From positions 17,856,001 through 17,920,000 of the forward strand of contig OX442314.1 in the NCBI GenBank assembly GCA_949358305.1: a DNA stretch of 64,000 nucleotides, in the 5' to 3' direction. Under the pieces are notes generated by a model, which saw only the letters and a list, made by a program, of their open reading frames with translations, had not been told where the DNA came from and did not search any database. Origin of the DNA: Strigamia acuminata. Lineage: Eukaryota. The stretch's first letter is position 1; every line of letters begins with the position of its first letter. Shown piece after piece: positions 15,001 through 26,030 of the stretch. Made by a program: the position numbers and the translations under genes.

Positions 15001-18000
15001 GAACGAAACTGATGAGATTTTAAATTTTCTCTTAAAGTAAAAATTTACAAATTTTCTAACATGAATAACAATTTTTTTAAATTTATAATTTGCTTGTTGA
15101 TTTTCATTTTCATGGGTCCCCTGTTACTATGCAAATAGTACGTGTGTACACGTGCTTTGTTATCTGTGGATCAAAGTTGAAAACAAAAGCATCGGTGTTA
15201 ATATGTTTATTTATTAGAAAAACATCTTAAGTAGGAAGTTGATAACGAGATAATTAAAGCCCTTAATGAAAGTTGAAACATTGATTACGCATAAGTACAA
15301 AGATTGTGGCACGATATAAAGTTGAAGTTTATTTTCCCCTTATAGTATATTTGCATTACAATGCGTTGGTTGCGTCACTTTAATTAGACTTGCAAATGCA
15401 GCGTGTTATCTGTCAGTTATCATTGGATTTTTTCTTTTAAAGTTTGGTCTTGCAGTGTAGTAAGCCATTGATAATTGTAGTTAATCTTGAAAGGTAAAGT
15501 TTAATTATTTAGATGGTAGTGACAAGAGGTAATTTATAAAAATCTAATTTGAAGTGAAGGTTTTGTGTTGAAAACGAAATTAGAAAAGCTGCTGGTATAT
15601 TCAAGTTGAAACATTCAACTTGGGCCTGGTTTTCGCTCTCGTGTGCGAATATTGATCAACGGGGAGGACAAAAATGAGCAAAATGTTGTGGCGAGAATAA
15701 AGTGCAAAGAGAAAGAATTTGCAATAAATATTTCGCCTTCGCCTTGTTTAGAAAGTGCGGAGCAAGTGATGTGATGCATTAGTAGGGTGTCCATTAAGTA
15801 AATAGGGTTTGCCACACAAAGCTCAACAAGAGTGGTCTACTTATCTTACGCTCCTCTTCTGTTTGACAATTGAGTCGAATTGCATTTTGCCAAAAGTAAA
15901 TGAAGTCACAAATTATTCACGCCAACCAAGACATACTTTTATTTTAACTCAACGTGGAATGGCAAACTGTTCGAAATGGCAAAGTGGATTGCTTTTGTCG
16001 TGCTCTGCCTATATCCAGAACCGTGTTTGAATGCGGATTTTTATGTTAGAATGTGACAAAACATCAACGACGAGCATGATGCAATAATCTAAATTAAGCT
16101 TTTCGGACTGTTTTTATTATTTTCTTTAGAATTTCGCATCTTTTTATTAACACAATTTCTGTATCGCTTTAAGAAAAAATTAACACACAAAAAAGGGCTT
16201 TTAAATTAATCTTAAAGCAGAAGTTTAATTATTTTACGAGAATTTTATTACAAAACACCATTTGCTTGTTAAATGAGAATGAATGGAATGTGTTTTGTCT
16301 CGAGTTTCATTAGTAGCTAGCTAGCGCTCTCTATGCGGTGAGTATTAAATTTTTCTTATTCATTCTTATTTTCTATGATGTTTGCTTGTTTTACTAACCC
16401 ACACTTGAGGTAACAGTATTGGAATTTTGCCATTTCGTGTCTAGATTTGTGCCAAAATGTGCATTGCAAATTTGGTGCTCGGTGTGAAAATGGTCAATGT
16501 GTTTGCCCCACACAATGTCCCGATACTTACGAGCCCGTGTGTGCTAATGATGGGTCTACCTATACCAACGAGTGCTTCTTGCAAAAAGCTTCTTGCCAAT
16601 CTAGTCAGGAATTGGAAGTTCTCTTTTATGGCGACTGCGAGGACATTTCTGGCTCTGGTATTTGCTTACTGTACTCTTTAAAAAAAACGAATTCAGATAG
16701 CACGTTTAAAGGATCTTATCTTTTTGTATGAGCTATAAAAACAAAAAATGTCATTAGAAGCAAAGTTGTTAACCTTACACTTGTGTTCGTACTAAGAATT
16801 TTATTGCGAGTTTTGTGACTTAGAAAGCAATACAACTCTGCTTCCTTTATTTTGAAAGAGAAAAGTACATTAAATTTGCTATCTAAACTATATTTTTCAT
16901 TCTTGACATTGACTAATATACTAACGTTCTCTCTTTTTTTATTCTCTTTCTTTTCTCATCGCTTTTTTCTATTTGCTTTGATTAATGATGAACAGAAGAC
17001 ATTGGCTCGGGTAAAAGAGATGAAGAATGTGACGAGTCTACGTGTCGCTTTGGTGGCACGTGTGAATTTGACGCTGAGAGTACTGCACGATGCATTTGTA
17101 ACATGAACTGCCATTTGGCTCGGGGTTCCATGTTGTGTGGCTCTGACGGGCGTCTGTACAACAGCGAGTGCGAATTGCGAGAGGAAATGTGCAGCAGGCA
17201 ACGAGAGATCAAAGTGCAGTCGCTCGACTTTTGCAGAGGTCGGTTGCTAGGGTCGTCGAACTTTATATTAGACAATTTTATTTTCCTTTTTATTTCTCAG
17301 CACTTTACACTTGCACGAAAAATCAATTATAACCCTTTATTTTTAACAACAAATTTTACTCGTGGGATTTGGGCTCGCCATTAAATATATGAAGATAAAA
17401 TCGATTTTGATCATTTCTATTTAGTACCAAGACCTATCGGCGAGGATGTAGTGAGGGCATGTGATGGCCATCCTCCCATGGTGAACCCATTAACTCGACG
17501 TGAGTACTTTTGCGGCGATAGCCCGTACAGAGAAGATTGTCCACCGAGCACATACTGCCACAAAGCTCCTGATGGACGATTTTCCAAATGCTGTAGAAAT
17601 GGTAAAGCGATGAATATCTTTCTCATTGTTAAAGCAGAATCCTGACTATGATATTTGTGTACAGAAGCCACCATCAAAAGCTGTTCGGAAAGTATATACG
17701 GTTGCTGTCCAGACGGTAAAACTGCAGCTTTAGGCTCCGGACACGCTGGATGTCCAAGTACTGTACTTTTCCTTGATGTGCGACGCAAGTGAAAGTGGAC
17801 TAATTCTGTGGGCGTTTATTGCAGGTGTGTGCAAGTGCAATAAATTGGGTTCTTATGGAGAGACTTGTGATCCTTCGTCGAAGCAGTGCACCTGTAAACC
17901 GGGTGTAGGCGGTTTGCGCTGTGATCGTTGCGAACCGGGCTTCTGGGGCTTGCCCAAGATATCGGAAGGAAACAGTGGTTGTATACGTAAGTTTAGATCG

Positions 18001-21000
18001 ATCGCGAGATTTTTCAAATATAAATTTAACTGTCACATTTTTTCAGCTTGCGGCTGCTCTCTATTTGGAAGTGTTCGCGACGACTGCGAACAGATGACGG
18101 GTCGATGTGTGTGCAAACCTGGAATTTCGGGCATGAAGTGCAACATTTGTCCCGAAGGTCAAGTACTGGGACCAAATGGCTGCTCGGATGGTGATGATGA
18201 GGAATTATGAGTATACGCGCCAATTTAACTGACATTTTAATTTATATTCTAGTGGACATCTCGACTCCCGTGCCTCGTTCTTGCCGCGAATTACGATGCT
18301 TTTTTGGCGCCAAGTGCGAGGAGCATGATGGCCATGCCGAATGCATTTGCGATTCCAAGTGCCCTGAATCGAGTCAGGAGCCCGTGTGCGGTTCGGATGG
18401 CCAAACCTACGGCTCCGAATGCCAATTGCAACTGTTTGCCTGTAGGTACCAACGTGATATTGTCGTACGTGCACTGGGACCATGTCAAGGTATTATTTTC
18501 TTTTGTAATTATTCTTTTGTAATTATTTTTTATTTTTTTGCAGAATCACTTTTACCACCCACGGAACCCCCGTGGCGCCGTTCGACTCTGCGTAAAACGA
18601 CTGACGTTTATGAGTATACGAATCTGTCAAAGTCGACACGTCATTTGGGCCATAGCATTGCTGAAAATTATATCAGCACAAAACCCACCAGTTCGACTCC
18701 ACGGAAAGGTTTGATCGGAGACATCTGTTTCCGAGACAAGGATTGTGTCGTGGTGTATAGTCGTTGTAATAACGGGTTGTGTGACTGTCGAGAAGGGTAT
18801 TTTGCTACCTCTGACACGCATCAATGCCTTGGTACGTAAATACACAATTATTACTCATTCACCTGCAATGTACTTGTAACTGTTTGATTTCAGCCCAAGA
18901 TTTGCCAGTCCGTTCCACGCCGGAGTCACCTCTAACGGCGTGCAATTCGCATCCATGTCAAAACGGCGCAACTTGCATAGATGAATTAGACGGGACGTTT
19001 AGATGTATTTGTCCTGCGGGAAGAGGCGGTGCCGCCTGCATGGATGGTGCAATAAGACAAATTGTGGATTTAAATTTGTGATGTTTACAAGAGTTTTTAT
19101 TTTTTTTAAATAGTACAAGGATTTGAAACACCTGCTTTTTCGGGAAAATCTTACATTGAGATGAGGACGTTAAGTGGTCACAGTCAGGTGACGATCGAGA
19201 TGGAATTTCGAACTTTTGCTAACGATGGCATTCTACTGTACAATGGCCAGCATTTTGATGGTCAGGGAGATTTCATTTCGCTTTCGATCAAGCAAGGATT
19301 TGTCGAGTTTAGGTAATTAGTTGGTTTTGATTTGATTGTTTATTTATTGTTTTTTACTTTTTTAAATAATTTGTACTACTTGTCCTTAGATATAACCTCG
19401 GCAATGGACCTGTCGTTATTCGGAGTACACACAAACTAATGATGAAAAAATTTCATAAAGTCGTGGCCAAACGATTCCATAGAGATGGAATGCTACGACT
19501 AGATGATTTTGAAGACGTTTCAGGCAAATCTCAGGGCACACACAAATCTTTGGATCTAGTGGAAAACCTTTTTTTGGGTTATGTTCCAACGGATAAAAAA
19601 GAGTGAGTGATGAAACGAGACAATTAAGTGATCATGAATATCACGGTGAAAAATTCACCCTGACGTGGAAAGAATTTGTGTTTGGAACGTAATTGTAATA
19701 CCTTGTGTTTCGCTTGAGATTATTAAGGACTCACGGTCCGTATGTTGCTAGTGGAGCATCAGATAAGCTTACTTGTTAGCATAATTAGTAGCGCTCCAGG
19801 ATTGGAGTTTCAGGTTAATATGTTTAGACAAGACTACCATGTTATTCTTTCCACGACAGAATGCGTTTTCAACACTTTAATATATTAACTACACGCTGTA
19901 TTCTATTTTTAGCATTTTTGATAACATCGGAGTTTCTTTGGGTCTGGTTGGCTGTATTCGAAAATTGAAGTTAGGCAGAAAAGAGATCATACTTAAATAT
20001 CCAGGATCCAAAGACATTATTCGTGGAGCCGAAATAGGTGAGTAGATGATAATGAATACATAAATAATTTAATTAATTCAACGTGTAATTATTTTTATTA
20101 GGCGAATGTGGGGATAATCCTTGTGCCAGTATGCCTTGTCGCAACGGTGCTACGTGCATGGCAATAGGCCTAGAGCATTTTAAATGCACTTGTCAATCCG
20201 GGTTCACTGGGAAAATGTGCGAAATTACACTCAACCCGTGCACATCGGCCCCATGCGCCCATGGCTCCACGTGTATCGCATTACCACAAGGTGGTTTTAT
20301 GTGTAAATGTGGTCCAGGAAGAAAAGGCGATTTGTGCCAAGATTGTAATTTGATTTTTTTTTTTATGATTTGATAAATCTGATGCAAAAATGATTTTAAA
20401 CATGAATGAATATTGTCGATTTCAGTGAAACCTGAGATGCATGATGTGTACATTCCCGATTTCGATGGTCAATCGTATATCGAAGTGCCTACACTGCAAA
20501 ATGTAGGCCAGTCGTTTGCGATCGAAGTGTGGTTTTTATCACGAGCATTGAATGGACTTCTCCTATACAATGGACAGCTAACGAATGGCAAAGGAGATTT
20601 TATCTCGCTCAATTTAGTCAACGGATATCTTCAATACCGATATGACTTAGGAAGTGGAATGGCCAACATTACGTGAGCAGTTTTATTCGAGTGGAAAACG
20701 ATTTTTCTTTTTTTTTATATTATTGATTTTTGGTTTGGATAAATGTTTAGGAGTACCGATGTAATATCACTCGGTGAATGGCATTCGGCCAAAATTACGC
20801 GTTACAATAGGAAAGGAACGTTGCAAGTAAATGATGGCTCTATTATTCGCGGAGAATCAGGGGTAACATGCTCAGAGCTGCCAAATTGAATGTAGTTTAT
20901 GTGCATGAATATTTTATTTTTCATTTTTCATTTCAGCCCCCATTAAATGAACTCAATTTGGAGTTGCCATTAAATGTGGGCGGTTATAAACTGCCTTACA

Positions 21001-22334
21001 CCTTGAATCGTGATGCAGGCATCAAAATTGGCCTGAATGGTGCTATTCAGCGTTTGATAGTAAACGGTGACGTTTATGATAATATAGTGGAGCGAGCTCG
21101 AGAATCGTATGGAATCAAGAAGTATAGAGGAGCACCTTGTCTGAGTAATCCATGCGAAAATGGTGGCATTTGTCTCCCGTTACTTCGAGATTTTGAATGC
21201 AGGTGTCCGATGAAGTTTATAGGAAAAGTGTGCGACAAAGGTATTCAAAGTGAAACTACTTTTCGACTGATGATTCAGAATAAAATACATTTATCTTTTT
21301 CTTTAAAGTAATGGATGAGGTCGACGTAAATAGGCCAATCTTATTTGATGGTCACACACATTTGAAATTTCGTAACAAAATCAATAGAATGTAAGTTGCA
21401 ATTTATTCACTTAATCTGCTTCGCTAATACTTACTTACAAAACTGCTTAAAGTAATCCTGCTTGCTTTAATTGAATGCAAATTAACAACTAATCGACTAA
21501 CTCGAGGGTATTGCATTTGCAGAGATAACACATCTATATCATTAAGCTCTTCTGAGGAATTAGTAGATCCTGATTTAGGGTAAGCAATAACAAGTGGTAA
21601 ATGGGTTGAGCTTGAGGCTTGAGCTTACTAAAAATTGAATTTGAATAGCATGTCATCGATTAATTCGAGTAATGGGTTCTGAAAAGTTTCGATTCGTGTG
21701 CATTTTCAGCTTGGAAGGTCAACAGAGCAATCGTTTCATAGTGCGGTTTCGCACAACAGAAGAGAATGGACTTTTACTGTGGCTAAACAAAGGCACTTCG
21801 GTTCACGGAGATTACTTTTCTTTAGCCATTGCTGGTGGTTATGTGGAAATGAGTTACAACTTAGGCGTACAGAAACAAATTCTTATCATCCGCTCGCAGG
21901 TGTGGGTGAGCGATGGCGAATGGCATCAACTGAAGGCCGAAAGGTTAAATTTGCAAAATTTTCATTTTTTCTGTCTAACTTTGTTCCGTAATGAATGTTG
22001 TCGTTGATTTTTCTCAATTTAAGGAGGAAAAGATTTGGTACTCTGAGAGTTGACTCTGAAACTCCAGTTACAGGAATTTCAAATTCGGGAGCCACAGTTC
22101 TCAACACTGATGGCCTCCTGTGGATTGGTATGAATTTGATGATTGATGCACGTGTCAACTAAATTTAATGCATTCGGTTTGTTTCTAGGTGGATCTATGG
22201 GGCTTCCAGCTGGACTGCCGATGCAGTATTACACGGGTTTCAGAGGATGCATTGGGAAAGTGAAAATTGATAATGAGGAACTTCATATGGTGTTGCACGG
22301 AGATAACAATGTGGACTTTTGTGTTGACAATTGA
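100..22334 (+). CDS. agrin: Agrin (secreted heparan sulfate proteoglycan), 26 coding exons, ~1637 aa
   Basis: Hand-spliced GT-AG exons: 100-436, 9964-10179, 12664-12879, 13124-13339, 14589-14683, 14757-14871, 16445-16657, 16996-17238, 17425-17601, 17665-17757, 17825-17986, 18047-18190, 18253-18489, 18544-18831, 18894-19046, 19114-19312, 19390-19602, 19913-20037, 20102-20344, 20426-20672, 20751-20862, 20937-21240, 21309-21390, 21710-21943, 22024-22127, 22189-22334. Total 4914 nt, phases consistent. Domain order: signal peptide, 7 follistatin/Kazal (VCGSDG.TY.NEC), a Cys-rich module, the YGCCPDGKT motif, 2 laminin-EGF, an 8th Kazal, S/T-rich, an EB-like module, EGF-LG1-EGF-EGF-LG2-EGF-LG3. This order is diagnostic of agrin. 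Confidence 0.95.
2617..2715. repeat. Short degenerate tandem repeat (~31 bp x3) in agrin intron 1
   Basis: The unit TAAATTGAA(C/T)AAA.CGACTAAATTCAATATC occurs about three times, with decay. Confidence 0.6.
21523..21579 (+). CDS. agrin: Candidate alternatively spliced 57-nt agrin exon at the z/B site of LG3 (adds 19 aa, [19 protein letters not shown])
   Basis: Acceptor TTGCATTTGCAG and donor GG|GTAAGC. ACTAAT and ACTAAC branch-like motifs lie upstream. Phase 2-2, open frame, inside an intron of 319 nt where neighbouring introns are 60-80 nt. Confidence 0.7.
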
Positions 22335-23885
22335 AACTCAATGGAAAGTCCAATGATAAAAAAAAAAATCTTTTTTTTCTCAGTATTACATTGGAAGTGT
22401 GTGCGTTGGTCATGCCTCGCCCTTTGGAAAGGGGAACGGTTATGTTGTGCGACAAAAACACTATGAAAAATTCTCTTGCTGTGCGAGAGTTCAAGACAGT
22501 GCCAGTGAATTAAGAAAGATGGCTGTTTTATCTTCCGTAGATGCTTCCTCCATATTATTTTATTGGTTTTATGTTTTTAATAAATTGTAATTGATTTGAT
22601 TAATTTAATCTGAAATTATTGGAGGGGCGTTTTTCTTTATTTAGTTGTAACATTATGCCGCATCATCTTATCTCTGACTGATCAGAGAATTCCATGAAAA
22701 ATTCATCTGTGCCAATTTATAGTTACAAAAAAATTAAATTGCATTTAGCCAGTGGGAAAAAAATTAGGTTTATTTTTATTAAAAATTGCACCTATTAGCC
22801 TAGTTATCCCTGATTTGAAGGTTCGATCGTTAATGGGAAATTGTTGAAAAATGAAATTGCAAGCAACTTGAATTTTTAGGAGTATGTTTATTGATGGTTG
22901 AGCAGAAAAAGAGAAAAAAAAAGAAAAAAAAATTAAAGCTATGCTGAATGTTTATTACAACACTATTTAATACCACCAATCTCAATTGTAAAGTAAGTGT
23001 ATAAATATTTATGATCCTGAACAGAAATTTCAAAATATTTTTTCTCAATTTCTAATTTAGTTTCAGTTCCAAATCTGGCAGAAGGATGCATTTTGTTGTT
23101 ATGGTGATTTGATTTAGTCGTTGTGTAAAAAAAATAAATGGAAAAAGCCTGTCCCTAAGAAAAAGAAAAAAAAAAGATATTTTAAACTTCCTCCTACGAT
23201 GATTGTAGACTTTCTATGAGCATTTCAGTGCTAGTCAATAATTTTTTTTCCAATGAATAATGCCTTTGAGATTAGTTATCAGGCCTAAACATTGTATGGA
23301 TAACAGTTGAAATGTGTCATTCAATTTCAGTTTAGTTTATTATACTGTGCTTGATGAATTAATTTTTAACATGGTTTCTCAGTCATACAGTATGGCGCTA
23401 TTATTATATCAGTGTTATTGGATGTGTTAATTGGTTCCCTCCAAAGTTGAGCTTTTTCCTCCAACTCATGTGTGCATATCGTTCAACAAAACCAATGATG
23501 TTTTTATCAGATTTGTCACAAATGAAATGCTATGTACATAGCCATCTTGTGTTTATATTCAGAGTCAGTGAAGGGTGACTGTACAGTTTTTCAACTTTGC
23601 AACGAATATTGAATCAGCCATACCGAAAAATAGACCAAATGAAATTGATATGATATTATTAGTGTGTATATTGCTGTTGCAATAATAATAATAAATAAAT
23701 AAAAATCTGAAACGTTTATAATGAATCATAATAATTTTGTAAAATTTATTCACTACTGCGTTTTATTTGTGAGGCAACTTGCATTTGGTCTGGTTTTTTC
23801 GCCTATTGACATAACAGATCTCCGATAAGATACAGACTAGAAAAATGTTTATATCAGAGGTGACACACAACCTGAATTGTCAGTT

Positions 23886-26030
23886 ATGGCATCGGTAAAC
23901 GTAATGGATTCTTCTGTTACTGCTGTTGCAATTCCTTCGGGACATGAAGTTCTTTTTGCTGCGCTGAACAAAGCAGGGTTTGATATTGAATTTCGAGTGG
24001 GTGAAGTTGTCTATTTGTAAATTTTTTGTGCGTAACGAGTTGTTTCGTTGGTACAGCAAGGTGAAAATTCTACTGATGTAATTATTCGGTTTTGCGAATA
24101 TATTGGAGAAAAAGATCCCGACAATGCAGTGTGTGTAGCGGATATTCTTACAAGTAGTGGATATTCTCATTTTGTTTTGCATTTGCGTAGCAAACAAATT
24201 AAATTACACGACCGTAAGAATAAGATACGATGGTTGATAAATATAACACATCGTAATGTATGTTGTTTTTTTTTTACAGCAAACGTGAGGGTGGTTGGAA
24301 GTGTTCCTTTCAATGGTTTGTTCTTATATCTGAATTTATCGTAGCGTTATAATAGATAGAAAGACTTTTATATTAGTGGTGCAAAATAGGAGTTGTGGAA
24401 AAATGGCATCGGAAAATCAAATAGACGATGTTGTGGACGGTCGTTTTTTAGCTCCTGCTGTTTCACTACCTTTGAAACATGAAATTGTTTTTGATGATTT
24501 GGCTAATGCAGGTTTTCCTATTGAGTTTCAGGTAGGTGGTGTTAGTATATTTATAGATTCATATGTTTTTTTCACAATTGCGTATTTCATTTTTATAGCC
24601 TGATGAAAATCCTTTTGCAGTAATAATTAATTTTTGTGATAACATTCGAGTTAAAGATCCGGACAGCAGAGAACTTATTGCAGATATTTTTAGAAGAAAT
24701 GGCCATTCTCATTTGGTTATGTACTTATATAACGAAGATGTTAAATTAATTGAGAATTTTGATATCGCTGATGGTAAGATAAGATAGATAATACTGTAAA
24801 CAGGCAAGTTAGATTAATTTTTGTCTAGTGTGCAAGTATTTTCCAGAAATAGAAATCAATGTAATACCTGCGTTAGAATCAGAATTAAGGTTACCTTCGG
24901 AAACGGTATAAAAACAAACATGTTCTGATTTTGGAGCAATGCTTATTTCTATCCGGATTTAATCAGGTGTATAGAATGACTTCAACACCACGAGGCTTAG
25001 CTTTGGTTATCAACAACAGAAAATTCGAATTTGGCGATACAGAAATAAGATATGGCTCAGAAAGAGATAGTAAATATTGGACGAGTCTCTTTTCTGGACT
25101 CGGTTATGAAGTCTATATTGCTGAAAACTTAACGGCAGAAGTTAGTCGTAATTCAATCTAGCACTTATCCAATGTGCAATTGAAATCGTTCAAATTATTT
25201 TTTTTTTTGCAGCAAATGAGAAATGCAATTAAGGCGTTTGCCAACCAAGAACAACACGACAATGCAGACTCTTGTATACTAGCTATTAGTACTCATGGAA
25301 TTAACCAAATTTGGCTGCAAGGAATTGATGGATTAGGGTTGGAAATTGATTCTGATGTATTAGTACCCTTTAATAACGTTAACTGTCCCAAATTAAAAGG
25401 AAAACCTAAATTGTTTTTCATTCAAGCATGTAGAGGAGGTAAAGAATGTCAACGTATGTTTTGGACTTAATTTTAGTTTTGGGCTTATTTAGATGAAAGA
25501 GATCAAGGAACTGATGAAGTTGACAGCAAACCAATTACACAGCGGTATCCAAGTTGGAGTGATATTGCCATTATCCATTCAACAGTTCCTGGTAAAATTA
25601 ATTAAAAATGTAAATTAACAATTTAAAAACGTGTTAATGGTATTGAAATGTAGGATATGTGTCTAATCGAAGTCAATGCGAAGGTAGTTGGTTTGTTCAA
25701 GCTATGGTGAAGGTTTTCATGGCGCATTCTCATGATAAAGATTTGGAAACTATGCTGAAAATGGTTTGTATCACGGCATATGTTATTTTCAAAGTTATTT
25801 GTAATACACTAATCATTAAGTGCATTCGAGAACAAAACTGTTTACACGTTGCACACATTTCTGTTCTACTTTCATCAACCAAATACTGATATCCTTCAGT
25901 ATTTCTTCTTTTTGTTTTGAAGGTCACTGTACGAGTGATGCAGCTTCAGACGTATGATTGCGAAATGCAAGCTCCTGAAATTACGTATCGTGGATGGACT
26001 AAAAGTTTATACTTTAACCCAGGTTATTAG
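23886..26030 (+). CDS. Initiator-type caspase (caspase-2/Dronc-like) with tandemly duplicated prodomain, 11 exons, ~475 aa
   Basis: Exons 23886-23996, 24057-24213, 24280-24315, 24377-24531, 24599-24773, 24829-24905, 24967-25140, 25213-25438, 25493-25591, 25654-25763, 25923-26030. Total 1428 nt, phases consistent. Motifs: YRMTSTPRGLALVINN, catalytic STHG and KPKLFFIQACRG, GSWFVQ, C-terminal LYFNPG. AATAAA at 26042. The 5' exons are less certain than the catalytic ones. Confidence 0.9.

Noticed and set aside
16314..16337. Possible microexon before G|GTGAGT in agrin intron 6
   Set aside because: The frame-preserving acceptors include an in-frame TAG, and the others frameshift.
23880..24197. 105-aa minus-strand ORF
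   Set aside because: It is antisense to caspase exons 1-2 and has no independent support.
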